Assembly (NCBI GenBank): GCA_964016885.1
Contig: OZ024751.1
Span: 17,608,001 to 17,672,000, forward strand
Length of the DNA stretch: 64,000 bases
Direction: 5' to 3'
From: Eledone cirrhosa
Taxonomy: Eukaryota
This document shows positions 12,423 to 27,179 of this stretch, one piece after another. The notes under the pieces were generated by a model. It did not search any database, was not told where the DNA came from, and saw nothing but the letters and a program-made list of their open reading frames with translations. The stretch's first letter is position 1; each line of letters begins with the position of its first letter. Position numbers and translations under genes: made by a program.

Positions 12423-12531
12423 AGATAAGCTATATTTCATACAGTTGGTAATCATCAGAGCTTAGCACTAGCTTTGTCTGTTGAAGCTCTTGTGATTACC
12501 AACAGTATGAAACAGATCTGTCAGCTTATCT
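12423..12531. ncRNA. Inverted pair of decayed hammerhead motifs
   Basis: Plus arm aagct-CTTGTGA-ttaccaacagtat-GAAACAGATCTGTC-agctt. Minus arm aagct-CTGATGA-ttaccaactgtat-GAAA with stem III deleted. Confidence 0.65.
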
Positions 12532-12722
12532 CCCTTTGTTTGTTGAAAACAGAAGTGACATAGAGCAAGGTCTTCAAAATGCTTTTAATTAAGCATACAG
12601 CATATTGCCAAATATACTTTATATACATTCATGTATACATCGTTATTTCAGAGCACCAATTCCAATATATATATAAGTATATATATATATATACAGATAC
12701 ACATATGTATGTATATATATAA

Positions 12723-12785
<63 letters not shown>

Positions 12786-12937
12786 TACACGCACATGTAT
12801 GTATATGTATACACACACATATGTATATATATATATATATGTATATATATACACACATATATATATACACACACACATGTATATATATATGTATATATAA
12901 ATATATACACACACATATATGTATATATATGTATCTG

Positions 12938-12989
<52 letters not shown>

Positions 12990-13202
12990 TATATATATAT
13001 ATATATATGTATGTATATATACACACACATGTGTATGTATGTATGATATTTGAACACAGCGTTCAAGTAGGTATTTCAACTAATTAGTTCAATCAGTTTT
13101 AAAACTACTGACACTTAGTTTATCAGTCAATGACTCATTAATTAAATGTGATTTTCCTTCCTTCCAGGTAAATGTCAATAATATATCTATGAATATATCT
13201 AT

Positions 13203-13327
13203 TTACGATCTGTGTTCAAATCCCGCCGATGTTGACTTTGCCTTTCATCATTACGGGGTCGATAAAATAAAGTACCAGTAATGCACTGGGTAATTGCTGG
13301 CCTTGTGCCTAAAGTAGAAACAATTAA
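13203..13327 (+). mobile_element. SINE family A, 5' truncated
   Basis: B-box and body match. Confidence 0.8.
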
Positions 13328-13459
13328 TATATCTATTTATCTATCTATATATCTATTTATAGCTCGTAACGCTTTTACTCTGGCAGATGTTATACCGACA
13401 CTATACCAAAAGAGTGAGCCAATAGTTAAAGTCCTTTTGGCTCTTCCTTCTCAAACTTT

Positions 13460-13785
13460 CTAAGACCCACCTTAGAATCCTTATTGTTCTAGCAAGGCTC
13501 TTTTCTACAACAATCCCGTCCTGTTCATAATCCTTTGATTCTTCTCAATCCAACCTTTTGCTAACTGCTCCAACTGTGTCAACCACAATTGAAACTTCTA
13601 GGTGCCTGCTTCTCCAGAGGGTTACCGATCACAGCTCTGTGGGCCTTGAGTATGAGCACTGTAGTTTTCGCTGGTGTTGTTTCTATTGTATGGATAGTAC
13701 TTTTCGTAATATATGTGCAGTGCCTTGTAATGCTATTTTTTGTATCCTGTATATATTTGTAAATCCTGGGGTTTTGGTTATGTAT
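13460..13785 (-). mobile_element. Two adjacent 3' ends of R4/Dong-like (RLE-type) non-LTR elements
   Basis: Minus translations ITKTPGFTNIYRIQKIALQGTAHILRKVLSIQ* and VSIVVDTVGAVSKRL...KSLARTIRILRWVL resemble the LQK.ALLGTA.ILR.VL terminus. Confidence 0.65.
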
Positions 13786-13807
13786 TATTATTATTATTAT
13801 TATTAGC

Positions 13808-14090
13808 AGCACTGGGATCGATTTAATCGACTTTTTCCCCCGAATGGAAAGGGGAAAGTCGATTAAATCAACCCCAGCGCATTACTGGTACATTATTTTA
13901 TCGACCCCGTAAGGATAAAAGGCAAAGTTAATCTTGGTTCAAATCCCATTGAGGTTAACTTTACTTTTCATCCTTACGGGGTCGATAAGATAAAGTACCA
14001 GTAACGCGCTGATTTTGATTTAATCGACTTTCCCCTCTTCCCTTCAAATTGCTGCCCTTGTGCCTAAAGTAGAAACAATTATTATTATTA
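13808..14090. mobile_element. SINE family A segments in inverted arrangement (hairpin)
   Basis: 13850-13934 is the reverse complement of 13952-14037. Confidence 0.85.
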
Positions 14091-15190
14091 TCATTATTTG
14101 TAATTACATTGCTTGGATCAATTTCTGTTAATTCTTTGATCTTTAGTTGTTCAGCTTTAATAAAGAAACTTTTGTGTAACCTAAGGGTATCATCAAATTC
14201 AAGCGATGCAATCTACCATGATCAGATGCGAATTATACATCCAGTAAATTTCTTTTATATAATAGCACATACTGCAGGAAATGTAGCATGCTTTTGGTTT
14301 CGAAGGAGTTTAATACGTTATAAGATCTCCTGGCGCCTTCGACATAGTCAACGTATGTTTCATTTTAGGAATAAAATAAGTTTCAAATTCTTCTCATATA
14401 ACTGTTTCTCCAGCAAGCCATGCTGTTTGTCTAAGTTTAGATTTTTATGACAAGTTGTCGCAACCACTTTCAATAAAATTACGAATGAAGTCATGTCGTC
14501 GTCTCTAGTTGTTGTGAGACATCTAAGATGTTAAATCGTTTTAAAAATCCTCAAATTATCAGCGAAATTCGCTCGCACTATGACTAATGCAAAAAGCATA
14601 AGAATAAACTGGCGCATCACATTATTACATCGAAAGGTTAGGACTTGCATAGTAGCTTCGGTTTGTTCCTTATTTACACAAAAATAAATGTACACCCCCT
14701 CTCTCTCACACACGCACACAAATACACACATACTCATATATACACACACATATATACACACACATATATATATACACACACATAGATATATACACACATA
14801 TATATATACACACACATACATACACACACATATATACATACATATACACACACACATACATACACACACATACACATAAATACACACACACACACACATA
14901 CACACATATATATATATATATCAACTCACACACACAAATACACACTCACATACACACACTTCTAGATATGCTTATTATCGCTGCCAGTTATGTATGATGT
15001 ACTTAGCGACGACACATCTAATAATTGCTTAATTAGGATTATATTGTCTACAACTCATTCTGCTTTGAAAGTAAAGTACTTGATATTTATTTATAGGAAT
15101 ACTTACAAAATGGTTTCAATCATTGAAACATAAGTTGGTGTCTTTAGAGCGTTGACATATACTTATGAACTTGGTTACGTGTGTGTAAAC

Positions 15191-15357
15191 CACTGGTTCC
15201 CAAAGTGGGTACCGCAAAGGAGTGTCTGAGATTCCGTGAAAATAGTAGAAGGGGATATTTATATTATGACTATATAACAGTATTAGACTTTAGGGTTCCC
15301 CCAAAAAAAATTCTGAACCAAAAAGTGTTCCGCTTTTGAAAAGATTTGGGAACCTTG
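15191..15357. mobile_element. hAT (Charlie/MER5-like) MITE
   Basis: Imperfect TIRs CACTGGTTCCCAAA / TTTGGGAACCTTG. Confidence 0.55.
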
Positions 15358-17407
15358 GTATAGAGTACATTCATCGCAACTATGTATATATGTATGTATG
15401 AACCTGTAACTCTGGGGCGTCATATTAGCGTATGGCGTTGCATTTTTAGACCCAGCGGAGCCTATCTCTTCTCTAGGTATAAGCACAGCTTATTTCTTCC
15501 AGAGAAGGATAGAGAGTGAGAGAAAGAGATATAGAGGAAGAATCGTCACCAATACTCGACACAAGCAAAGTTGACCTCGGCGATATTTGAACTCAGAGTG
15601 ACGAAAGCCGGAACTAATACCGCAAAGCATTCTATCCGCGGTTCAAACGAGTCTGCCATTTTTCTGCTTATCACCTCAACTATAAACACATTAAATAAGT
15701 GGTTTCTTCCAATCCCCCCTCTCTGTAATAACTACGAAGGTCGGCTATGATTTTACTATGCTGGCCAAGATACTCTCATGGAATAACCAAATAAGGTTTA
15801 TTTTCTAACATCGTCCCTGGAAAGACTTATTAGTTATTAATACATGGAAGATTACACAGCCGTAGCATCACTCCTTCATAGTCAACGGATTAACTTTTCA
15901 GTTGATACCTCGTATATTTCCATATATTATGGCAACTTCCGAAAGGAGACTTCACGCCTCGCGAGCTGGAATGGCTTTTCCAGCGCGTCTCCCTTGCCGT
16001 TCACCATTCTGTCCGCCCGGTCTGTGGGGAAGTCACCAATATGATTGTCATTTTATCAGTCAACTGTTGCTGTCGTTAGATAACTAGCTATCTGTAGATG
16101 AACGTGAATTAATTCATGTTCGGTTCACAGTCTGGCAGAATCGTATTTTCGAAGCATTTTTCTTTCAATGTTTTCCTTGTTTAAATAAATTATTTCTTTC
16201 AGGACTGTGGATTGGTAGTATCAGTAGAGTAAAACCCTGGGGTCGGGACGATTTAATAGTGGGGAAGGAAAAGCGGGTGGAGGGTATGGAAAATCGATAA
16301 TTGTTCTAGGTTGTCTCTGTTTAGTTTACATATTGAGACCCCCAACTGATCCTATTTATGTTATAAGGTGGGAAATGTCTACTAAAGTACATTTTTGTCA
16401 TATATATATAAGGGGGGGGGCTTTTATTTTAATGTATAAAAAAATTGTCGCAGGAATGCTACCACGTGACCGGAGATAAGTTAGTAAAAGTTAATAAGCG
16501 AGGTGGTAGAATTACCGCGGGGGTGGGTGTAAGATATCTGAAATATTAATAAACGGGGGAGAGACGATTATTCGAGACGCGACAGTACATCTTAATGATT
16601 CCTTTTCTTTATAATTATTATTTGATAAAAAATATGTGTTAGTAGAACTCAACGTCGTTATATCTTGTTAACCAGAAAGGATAAATAAATTTAAAAAATG
16701 GGATATTAACTCTCACAGAAATTCTTGTTATTTATAAATCCTGTTTTTGGTGTCACTTAATTGCTTCTTGGGTATATTTCACTAGGTCAGTATCAAATGT
16801 CCAACAATAAAAGAATGGAAGAGAAAGACTGAATGGTAGAGTGAAGAGACGCAGAGAGAGAGAATGTGTGTGTCAGAGAGAGGGGGGGGGGTAAGAGAAA
16901 TGGAGGAGAAAAACGAGAGAGGGGACAGAGAGAGTGTGTCAGTGAGAGGAAGGGATGGGGGAATGAGAGAAAGGGAGGTGAAGAGAGAGAGTGTGTGTCA
17001 GTGAGAGAGAGAGAGGGGGAGAGGGAAGGGGGAAGAACGAGATGTTTTATAGAGCAATGGCAGAAGTGGTAAATATTAGCAAAAAAATAATAATGTAGTC
17101 TTGCATATTCAATTGACTTATTTGCTTGAAATTATCATATGTATTTTTCTTTGAGATTAAAATCTATAATATTTACTGACAGATCTATTTCTGGTTTATG
17201 TACACTCAGTAGCAAAATGTAAGAAAAATAAATAGAAATATGCAAATGAGCATTAGAACGAACAACATAACTTTTCTTTTTTTTTTGCTCCGTCGATAAA
17301 TAAATTTTACTTGAAAGATTTATTTAAGGAGCTTCCTTGAAAATGAAATACCGTTTAGACAGTAATGGCAAAAGTCAAATATATAGGTTATAGATTTCGA
17401 TTTTGCG

Positions 17408-17960
17408 ATGGCGAGTGGTTTAATGGTTAGAGTGTTCATCTTACGAACATAATGTTGTGAGTTCAATGCCTGGCGATGATTTGTGTCCTTGAGCAAGACA
17501 CTTTATTATGCTCCAGTCCACTCATTGTAATTCAGCCAGCACTGGATTTTATTGAGGTTTACGGTAGAGTGTTCATCTCACGAAACTAATATCCTGAGTT
17601 CGATGCCTGGTGACGCTTTCGGTCCTTGAGCAAGACACTTTATTATGCTCCAGTTAACTCATTGTAATCCAACGAGCCAGCATTGGAATATAATATACTC
17701 TATCACGTTGGATTTTCTTGTGATTTACGGTAAAGTGTTCATCTTACGAACATAATGTCATGAGTTCAATGCCGGGTGATACTTTGTGTCCTTGATCAAG
17801 ACACTTTATTATGCTCCGGTTCACTCATTGTAATTTAACCAACAGCACTGCCATACACTCTGTCATGCTAGATTTCCCTGAGATCTACATTAAGTGACTG
17901 CACATGTCAGTAGATGCTCAGCCAACTTGTACGTTAATTTTACAAGCAGGCCGAACTATT
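17408..17960 (+). mobile_element. SINE family B (CORE-like) with the head region tandemly triplicated
   Basis: Three ~160-bp units, each with GAGTTCRATGCC and GTCCTTGAGCAAGACACTTTATTATGCTCC. Confidence 0.8.
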
Positions 17961-18804
17961 TTTTTTTTTTTTTTGGACAACTGGGGCACAGAATTTCGCT
18001 TTTATAAGAGCATGAACATTTTTGATTCATTAATAAGGGGTTTAACTCTCGTTCATATTCGAACCGTTAATTTTTATTAGAATACAATATTATAAGAAAA
18101 TTTAAAAAACTTAAGTTTCTGCTTCAAAGAAATATAAGTTTTAACGTGGTTGATGGTAAATAGCCTAAGTATATTAATAGATGTTGAAGTTTAAAGGTTT
18201 TTTTTTTGTTTAATGAAATATATTTTAATTACACAAAATAGGAAATAGCTCAGTAGGTACTATAATAATATTATGTTCATTTAACCTACGGCAGGGAAGA
18301 TTAAAAATACATAAGCGAAAATTAATATTCCTTAAACAAGAAAATTGGCAAATAAACCATAGGTGTCGGAAGAATAAGATAATTAAATTTGTCTGCTTTC
18401 CGTTGGTTTAGGAATAAGCGAAAACAAGATGAATGGCCATAAACGTATTCATAATGATTTAGAAGGCACGTAACTTAGTGGAATCAAACTGACGGCTTTA
18501 CTGTAAGATCGACAGATCGATTCCAGGCGGCGCGTTGTGGCCTTTAGCAAGAAACTTTTATTTCACGTTGGTTAGGTTCACTCAGCTGGAGAAAATGCGT
18601 TCTACTTGAATTTTAAAGCGACAGATTTTCAACACTGCGTATCATGCAGAATCTCCCTGAGAATTTCATTGAAGAATACTCACTCATGTTTACATTGTTT
18701 CATGTGCAAGTTGTTCTATTAGTCGAATCAAATAAAATACTAGTCCTCGTGACCTGTGAAGGTCAAATGAATGCACACATACATATAGTGGTAACATGTG
18801 GAGT

Positions 18805-19160
18805 TCAAACACACACACACACACATACATATACAGTCGTGACATGTGAGGATCAAACACACACACACAATCGTCACCTGTGTAGGTCAAACACACACAC
18901 ACACACACACACACACGCGCGCATATACAGTCGTGACATGTGAAGATCACACTCAAACACAGTCGTCACCTGTGAAGGTCAAACATATCCACACTCACAC
19001 ACACACGCGCATACACACACACACAATCGTGACCTATGAAGCCCCTGCCCCAACCCACACACAGTCATTACGTGTGAAGGTCCAACACATACAAACACAT
19101 GCATACACACACACACACACGCAGTCATGACTCCTGAAGGTACAACACACATACACACAT
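18805..19160. repeat. Minisatellite of AGTCGTGACATGTGAAGRTC cores separated by variable (CA)n
   Basis: About 9 degenerate units read directly. Confidence 0.8.
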
Positions 19161-19435
19161 GCACATAAATACACACGCGCGCACACTACAGACTTTGTAA
19201 AACTAAGGGGTGATATTAAAGTTTATTTAAAGTAATTACAATTCTAGGAGACGAAGAATCGAATCTAATCTGGCCGAGTTTACACTCGCAAATAAGAAGG
19301 ACCAGGGCCGCCCCTAGGAGCATTGTATTTGGTGTACTTCATATTTGTTTCAGTTGCTGAATACAATCAGAGGTAGCTGCTCCTCCGAAATGTCAATAGT
19401 TCTCTTCTAACGCGAGCGGGAGCACCTTTCCATTG

Positions 19436-19747
19436 TCAATTTGCATTTATCATCTGGAAAGTCGCATTGTTTTCAGAACCACTGCACCAGTAGGAACTAC
19501 TGTCACCCATTGATTTGGCAGGATTTTTCCTTTTCTTTCTCTTTTTTTTTTTTTTAGATGGCCGTTGACTCTTATGAGTTTTCTTCCGCCCTTTGTCAGG
19601 TTTTGTTTTCTGTCCTGCAGGGTGTCCAAGGTCACCCTCCTCACCAAGTAAACTTGGTGGGGTTGCCGGTTTAGTCGCCGATGACCCGACCATGTGACAT
19701 GTTGTACTAGGTTACACGCTACCAGTAGCACTCGAGAGTGACCTGAC
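19436..19747 (-). mobile_element. Non-autonomous RTE-5'UTR-like repeat family C
   Basis: Homologous to 58168-58360 and 59892-60081. Confidence 0.65.
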
Positions 19748-19925
19748 GAAGAGGAGACCATTAATCATGAGAATAATATTGAATTACAGGAAATGAGAGG
19801 ATGACATGTCTTAATAATAAATATATTTAACAGACGTAGGCCAAGGGGTTAATGGTAACTACTTAACAATATATATATATGAATTAAAATAGGAATAGAA
19901 GGCTTCGCCATACCATTTGACTTTA

Positions 19926-21400
19926 TAATTGTTTCTACTTTTGGCAGAAGGACAGCAATTACTCCAGTTCATTACTGGTACTCTATTTTATCGACTCCGT
20001 AAGGATGAAAGGCAAAGTTAACCTCGGCGGGATTTGAACTCAGAACGTAAAGGGTCATAACTCTATGCTGCAAAGTATGTTGTCTGACGCTCTACCGATA
20101 CTGCCAATCTACCGCCTCAATTATGTTTTCAGATTTAGACACAAGGCAAACAATTTGTGTGTGTGCGTGTGTGGGGGGGGGGGGGGTCGATTCAATCGAC
20201 CTCAGTGCGTTACTGGTACTTTGTTTTATTGATCCCGTAAAAATGAAAGGCAAAGCTACCCTTGTTATTATTTGAACTCATATTTCTAGACAGCCAGGTT
20301 AGCTGCCAGAAGAAATAACACAAATCATTCTATCCTGCATTTTAATGATTCTATCAGCAATTATTCCAGTGTATTACTGTTACTTTATTTTATCGACCCT
20401 GTAAGGATGAAAGGCAAAGTTAACCTTGGCAGGATTTGAACTCAGACCTAAAGGGAGGTAACTCTATGCTTCAAAGCATGGCGTCCGACCCTCTACCGAT
20501 ACTGCCAATCCATGCATATAAAACCCGCTGAACAGAAAATGAGTGTCATCCAGCAAATGAGAGATATGTGTTCGTTTTCTTTTTGTGCTGATACCCATCT
20601 TTTTTTCCGTTCAGTGGGTTTATACGCCCCGTTATTAGACTATATTATTTAGTCAAATGTTACGGCGAAGCGTTGTATTTCTATTTCAATCTTCAAACTT
20701 CGCTAACCGCTTTCTAAACATGCTTCATATGCTCAAATATTGATTCTTGATTTATACACAAGACCAGAAATTTGGAGCATGGGCAAAGTAAATTAAATCA
20801 AATAAACTCCAGTACTTGGTGTTTACTTTATTTTATCGGCCCCGAAAAAAATGAATTGCAAAGTTGACCACCCTCGACGGAATTTGAAGTCAGAATGTTA
20901 AGCACAGAGACAAATATTGCAATGGCATTTTGGCATTATATCCGACACCGTACCTGTTCTGCCTATCCATCACCTTCATAAATAAACAAATATTAAAAGT
21001 CTTTGTGAATACATTGAATTAAATTAGTTTAGGCAACCTTATTATATAAGGGCGTTAGTTTGGCAGTATCAGTAGAGTCAGACGCCATGCTTTGCAGCAT
21101 AGAGATATGGCCCTTTGTGTTGTGAGTTCAAATCACGCAGAGGTAAACTTTGCCTTTCATCCTTACTGGTTCGATAAAATAAAGTACCAGTAATGCACTA
21201 GGGTAATCGCTAGCCTTCTGCCAAAAGTAGAAACTCTTATTATTAAAGTAGGCGAAGAATTGGCAGAGACCTTAGAACGTCGGATGAAATACTTTGTGGC
21301 ATGTTTCGACTCTCGGCTCTCTCTCTTTAAATTCAATCGAGGTCAACTTTGTTTCCATCCACTGGATGTTGTTAAAAGGTGCCAGCCTAATACTCAGGTA
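19926..21400. mobile_element. Cluster of ~6 SINE family A copies (four minus, then two plus)
   Basis: Repeated body motifs at ~19926, 20125, 20355, 20745 (minus) and 21058, 21250 (plus). Confidence 0.8.
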
Positions 21401-21620
21401 GACACTTCTATATTTCTTTTTAATTTCCATTCACTCACACTCTATTCTCGAGAAGAAACCTGCTGTATTCAGACCGGAGGAAGAGATGGACTCTGCCAGG
21501 TTTTAAAATACCGTCGAAACGCCGTATGTCAATACGGTGCCACGTATGTTAATACTCTCTCAGAAGTTACGAGACCATGCATGCATTACTTAAGCATTGG
21601 CGTAAATTGAAGAATAAATT

Positions 21621-21948
<328 letters not shown>

Positions 21949-22384
21949 GATATTCCCAACACCGTAATAAATATTTGAGTCGGCGCACAAAACCATTAGA
22001 AACGTGTGTCCTATCTTTATATTTAGTTGTTATGATGATGGTGATCTTCCATCGGTTTCGACGATGAACATACTGTTATTCAATTTATCGTGAGTGATAT
22101 TTTAGGTTACAAAGGCACGTAGCTTAGTTGTAAGAGATTTCCGCTGACGTCGTTGTTGGAATTCCGTCGGTTCTGACGATGACTGTTCCAATTAATCCTA
22201 TCAATTGCACGTGACAACTTGATCGTAAGATTAAGCTGCAAATGACTGAGCATTCCACTTATACGTACATTCTTAAAGTGGGTCTCTCAGGAAGATTCAG
22301 GCTGCTCTTTTAGATTGTGGGTGCAACTAATTTCTCCCCGCCTTGTTGAAAATAGCAACATGAAATAACGATTTATTTTTACGG

Positions 22385-22466
22385 ACACAACGCACCACCG
22401 GGAATCGAACACGCAACCTTATTATTGTGAATCGCATACCCTAACTAATAATCCACGCGCCTTCAC
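22385..22466 (-). mobile_element. SINE family B head
   Basis: Minus strand GAAGGCGCGTGG...GTTCGATTCCCGG...GTTGTGTCC. Confidence 0.65.
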
Positions 22467-24826
22467 ATGCTGAATTTAGAAAGAATGAAAATACTGACAG
22501 TAACTTTAGTGAGAACAAGTAATAATTGGTTTTACTTCTATGTTATTGACAATAAAATTAAAAGCCAGTTAAACATAGAACAATTCCGAGATAAATAAAA
22601 TGAGATGTAGCCTGAGGATCTTAGATATGGTAAGTGCAACCAACCATATTGATAGCGAAGTTGCGTTTCTCGTGAAATTAGCTTAAGAGAATAATTGTTG
22701 TCGGAAAATTTCAAATATATTCCCAATAGATGTGTAAATACTGGGCATTGACCGATCCTTTCTTTTTTGTACTGTTTGCTCTCGAGATCTCTGGTGTCGT
22801 CGGTCCCCAAACTACCGCTTTCCTCCGCTAGATTAGGAGTTCTTATTGCTTGAGGAAACAGCCCCTAAAGTGACTGATGCAGTGGGTCTCGGTGGCTGTT
22901 TTCCAAGGTAAATATTTCACCTTGTTGTCCGAAGGGAGCAGCAGAAATACATACCATTTAGATCAGAGCGTATTGTATACTCCTGCCTACATTCTACTGA
23001 ACTGGTGTTTTCTTTATCAAGCTCCGAAAGTATGAAAAGGAAAGTGGATCTCAACTGGATTTTTATCAAGATTTGAGCCCAATGCAGAAGCAGAAGCATT
23101 CAATCTGATGCTCTGATCACTTTGCCATTTTGCAAGCGCACTGTACGTAGACACGGCGAATTGGTTGAACGGCGGATAGAATGTTTGCAGTACTGATTCC
23201 GGTTATCTGCGATCGGAGTTCAAATCCTGATTGGGTTAACTTTGCTTTTCAACCTTTCATGTTCAATAAATGAAATAACAATCTATACTTCCTCTAGTCT
23301 TCTTAATTATTATATCTTTCGCTTTATCATTCTCTGGAGAGATAAAAGCGGCTGTTCTGATCTAAAGCTGGGTGGATTCCGCCAGATATAAATGCCTGCC
23401 CAAGATGGGCTCATGGCCATAGCAATCACTGTAATTATAAAATAATTAGTGTTGTGTTCACCAAGTTTTTCAATGGCAAAATAACTTAGGGTCCATCCTA
23501 TATTTATGCAAGTACGACCATTGGTTGCCTTATATCGTAAACAAACATTCAGAATATACCGTATATAAGTCGCTGACATGCTAAATAAATCCCGATAAAC
23601 GAGACCCTGACTCACATTCCTAGAAGAAGAAGAAGAATAAGAAGAAGAAGAAAAGAACAACAACAACAAAAAGAAGAACAAGAAGAACAAGAAGATATTC
23701 CCAACACCGTAATAAATATTTGAGTCGGCGCACAAAACCATTAGAAACGTGTGTCCTATCTTTATATTTAGTTGTTATGATGATCCGTGATCTTCCATCG
23801 GTTTCGACGATGAACATACTGTTATTCAATTAACTGAATGTTTAACTCATGAATTAGGGTGCAAGTAGTTGTATATTCCAATAACACGTGTAACTTTAAC
23901 TTTTAATTGCAAAACCAAGCCAAGTTAATGTGACAAGATACGTGACTAGGCTGGACTTTTGAGATACTAGTACAATCTATCCCATGGGCTTCACTGCAGT
24001 CTCCATCTAGCCTATTTCGTTCACAAAGCTTGGGACGGTCGACCCGAGGCTATGGTAACGATAAAGATATTTGTTCGGGATGCTACGTAAAGGGATTGAA
24101 CTCATAACATCATCAATGGAAAATGAACTCCTTAACCACTCACAGATGCTTGTGTCTTTAGTGACAATGCTGTAATATTATTCGCAGAAGATAAGACAGT
24201 AAGCAACATATATACGTGTGTTAACGAAAGATATTAAATCAGAATAATTTAATAAGACAAGGGAAGTAACTCTTCAATGAAGGAGTAAAATATCTATATG
24301 AATTATTTCCCTTCATATCTTATTGGATTATTTTTAATTGAATTTATAACAATTGATTGATTATTTTTTGCTACAGGAAAATTTTGAATAACTTTCAATA
24401 AACATGTAATAAAAATCTGATAACTTTTTAATGAATTCCTTTTATATTATACTAGATGAGGGTGACATCTTCTCCCTCGTTTTGTCACACACACACACAC
24501 GCATACACATACACAGACACACAAACACATTCTCTCTCTTTCAACAAATAACGTTCCTTTTCCCTCATGTACATCTCTTTCGCTTGGCGCTCCCACTCTC
24601 TTTATATATAGATATCGTAACTTTCTATCTATCAAACTCTTTCCTTTTCACTCTCGATCTATGTACATACCTGTCGCCTGGCACTCTCCCTCTATATATA
24701 AAGTGAGTGTGACGGACGGAGGGAGAGAAGGATCGACGGAGGGACGAGAGGTCGGGCGGATGGACTGACTGACAGAGCTCTTATTATAATATAGACTAGC
24801 AGAATATATTATATTATATTATTATA

Positions 24827-25439
24827 CTAGCAGAATGGCCCGGCATTGCTCGGGATTTGCTCTAGTGTTCTTATATATTTGATATATATTTACCCTTATC
24901 GAGCCTCGTGAAATAAATACGTTTGTTTATATTTTGTTATTGTGTATGCAAAATATCTGTACGCGAATATATATATATATATATATATACGTGTGTATAT
25001 ATATTAAAATAACAGATTAAAGTTTAAGCAAAGAATCGCTGATTTCACCCTTAACGGGATCTTCTGAAACTAAAAAAATCAATCTGTGAAGGCAGAAGTA
25101 AATATTTGGAAAAACGTTACACACTATATATATATATACACACACTATATATACATATATACAAACACACACAGATAGCGACATCATAATGACAGATATT
25201 ATAAGGGCGCAACGTTATATCTATGTATCTATCTAAAAAGAAAGACTAAGAATTATAGAGAGAGATCACTAAATCGCCTAATGCGGTCCCTAGATCATTG
25301 AAAATTTGAAATATATTTTGCTCAAAACACTCACAGGGCCATAAGTATTACATGTGTAAAGATTGAAAACAATCGGTTGGGTTGTTCTCGAGTTTTAGGG
25401 AGTCAGACAGACAGACATTCTCTGTTTTAGATATATAGA
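24827..25439 (-). mobile_element. Non-autonomous Helitron
   Basis: Minus strand A|TCTATATATC...CCCGAGCAATGCCGGG hairpin...CTGCTAG|T. This gives a 5' TC, a subterminal hairpin, a 3' CTAG and an AT target. A second Helitron-like 5' end (TCTATATTATAATAA) lies at ~24795. Confidence 0.8.
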
Positions 25440-25514
25440 TGACAAAGCAAGCTTTTATTTTGAAGACAGTGTGCGAAGTTTGAAATTTAGTATAAATAGA
25501 AGCTTCTATTTATA

Positions 25515-26422
25515 CGGCCCTGGCCATTCTGAGTTCAAATCCCGCCGAGGTTAACTTTACCTTTCATCCTTACGGGGTCGATAACATAAAGTACCAGTAA
25601 TGTACTGGGTAATTGCTGGCCTTGTGCCAAACGTAGAAACAATTTTATGTAAACGTAAAGGCGGTGAATTGGCAGTGTCGGTAGAGGGTAGGACGCCATG
25701 CTTTGACGCAAAGAGTTAAGGCCCTTTCCATTCTGTGTTCAAATCCCGCCGAGGTTAACTTTGCCTTTCATCCTTACGGGGTCGATAAAATAAAGTACCA
25801 GTAATGTACTGGTGTTTTTGCTGGCCTTGTGCCAAAAGTAGAAACAATTATATGTAAACGTAAATCTCGGAAGGTGAACCATGCAGACCCGTCTGTTTGT
25901 CTCTTATATGAAAACACAATATGTTAAATACCAGCTAACTTTAAATTAGACTTGATCAAGCTGACATGTGAACAAACGTTATCTAACGCTGGCTATTCTA
26001 TATTTAGTGGACGCATATTTTGTCAGTCTGAACCGACAAGGTGTGGAATACGGTAGAGAGTCGGACGCCAAGCTTTGACGCATGGAGTTACGGCCCTTGC
26101 CATTCTGAGTTCAAATCTCGCCAAGGTTAATTTTGCCTGTCATCATTACGGGGTCGATAAAATAAAGTACCAGTAATGTACTCGGTAATTGCTGGCCTTG
26201 TGCCAATAGTAGAAACAATTATATTATATTATATTATATTAATAGTATCGGTTGAGCATCAGACACCATGCTTTGTAGCATATAGTTTCGGCCCTTTACC
26301 TTCTGAGTTCAAATACCGCCGAGGTTAACTTTGCCTCTCATCCTTACGGGGTCGATAAAATAAAGTACCAGTAATGCATTGCGGTAATTGCTGGCCTTGT
26401 GCCAAAAGTAGAAACAATTATA
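25515..26422 (+). mobile_element. Cluster of four SINE family A copies
   Basis: Copies at ~25515, 25660, 26045 and 26243. The second is flanked by the direct repeat tatgtaaacgtaaa. Confidence 0.85.
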
Positions 26423-27108
26423 TTAATGTATAAATGAAACAAAAAAAAGGGGGGAACGGGAAAGAAGACAAAGAAAGAATAGAATGAAGCAACGAAGGAA
26501 ATCTATGTTTGTATAAAAATAAATATATGAGACATTAAGAAATATATTTCGTAATCCTTAGGCCGTTGGTTCTATCCCAGCTCATGGTACATTAGACAAG
26601 TGTCTCATAGTACTATTAGGTTTACACATGACTTGCATGTGAAATTGGGTAGACAGACACTGCGAAGAAATTCGTCAACTGGACTGTCTTTAATTCAAAG
26701 CATTTGTCGTATAGAGTTGATACTGTTCGAGGTTTGTATTTCGTGCATCATTGTATATGGGATACTCAGGCGTTTGCACTAAAGCAATGACAAGTTATTT
26801 ATGTTGATCGAAAAATGTACAATCACAGAATAGAAAATGCAAAACAAAACATATTTGATCTGAATGAATGAAAGTATATAAACACGCAGGCTTACATGCG
26901 CACACAGATTCTCATAGGGATACGCGCTTATATACACACACATTAATAATCCACACCGACTTACTCGGACATACAAAACTTCACACATGCACGCACACAT
27001 ACTCTCACACAAATACAGCCACCCCACATACAAACTTCCATGGACACACTCGCTTATACTCAAACACAATCTTACACACACACACACACACACGAACACA
27101 CAACACAC

Positions 27109-27144
<36 letters not shown>

Positions 27145-27179
27145 TATAATGACCGAATACTGAAGATAGCGCATTACAG

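Noticed and set aside
14100-14660. Possible decayed DNA-transposase fragment on the minus strand
   Set aside because: Only vague similarity with many stops; cannot support without an HMM search
18805-19160. Repeat-spacer (CRISPR-like) pattern
   Set aside because: Spacers are just (CA)n and the repeats are degenerate; eukaryotic context
21478-21530. GAAGA-gatgg...ccgtc-GAAACGCCGTA HHR-like string
   Set aside because: Lacks the CU of the core and stem I; may be decay or chance
22538-22915. Unique-looking ORF (minus) and an AAG|GTAAAT donor (plus)
   Set aside because: No recognisable protein similarity or consistent exon structure
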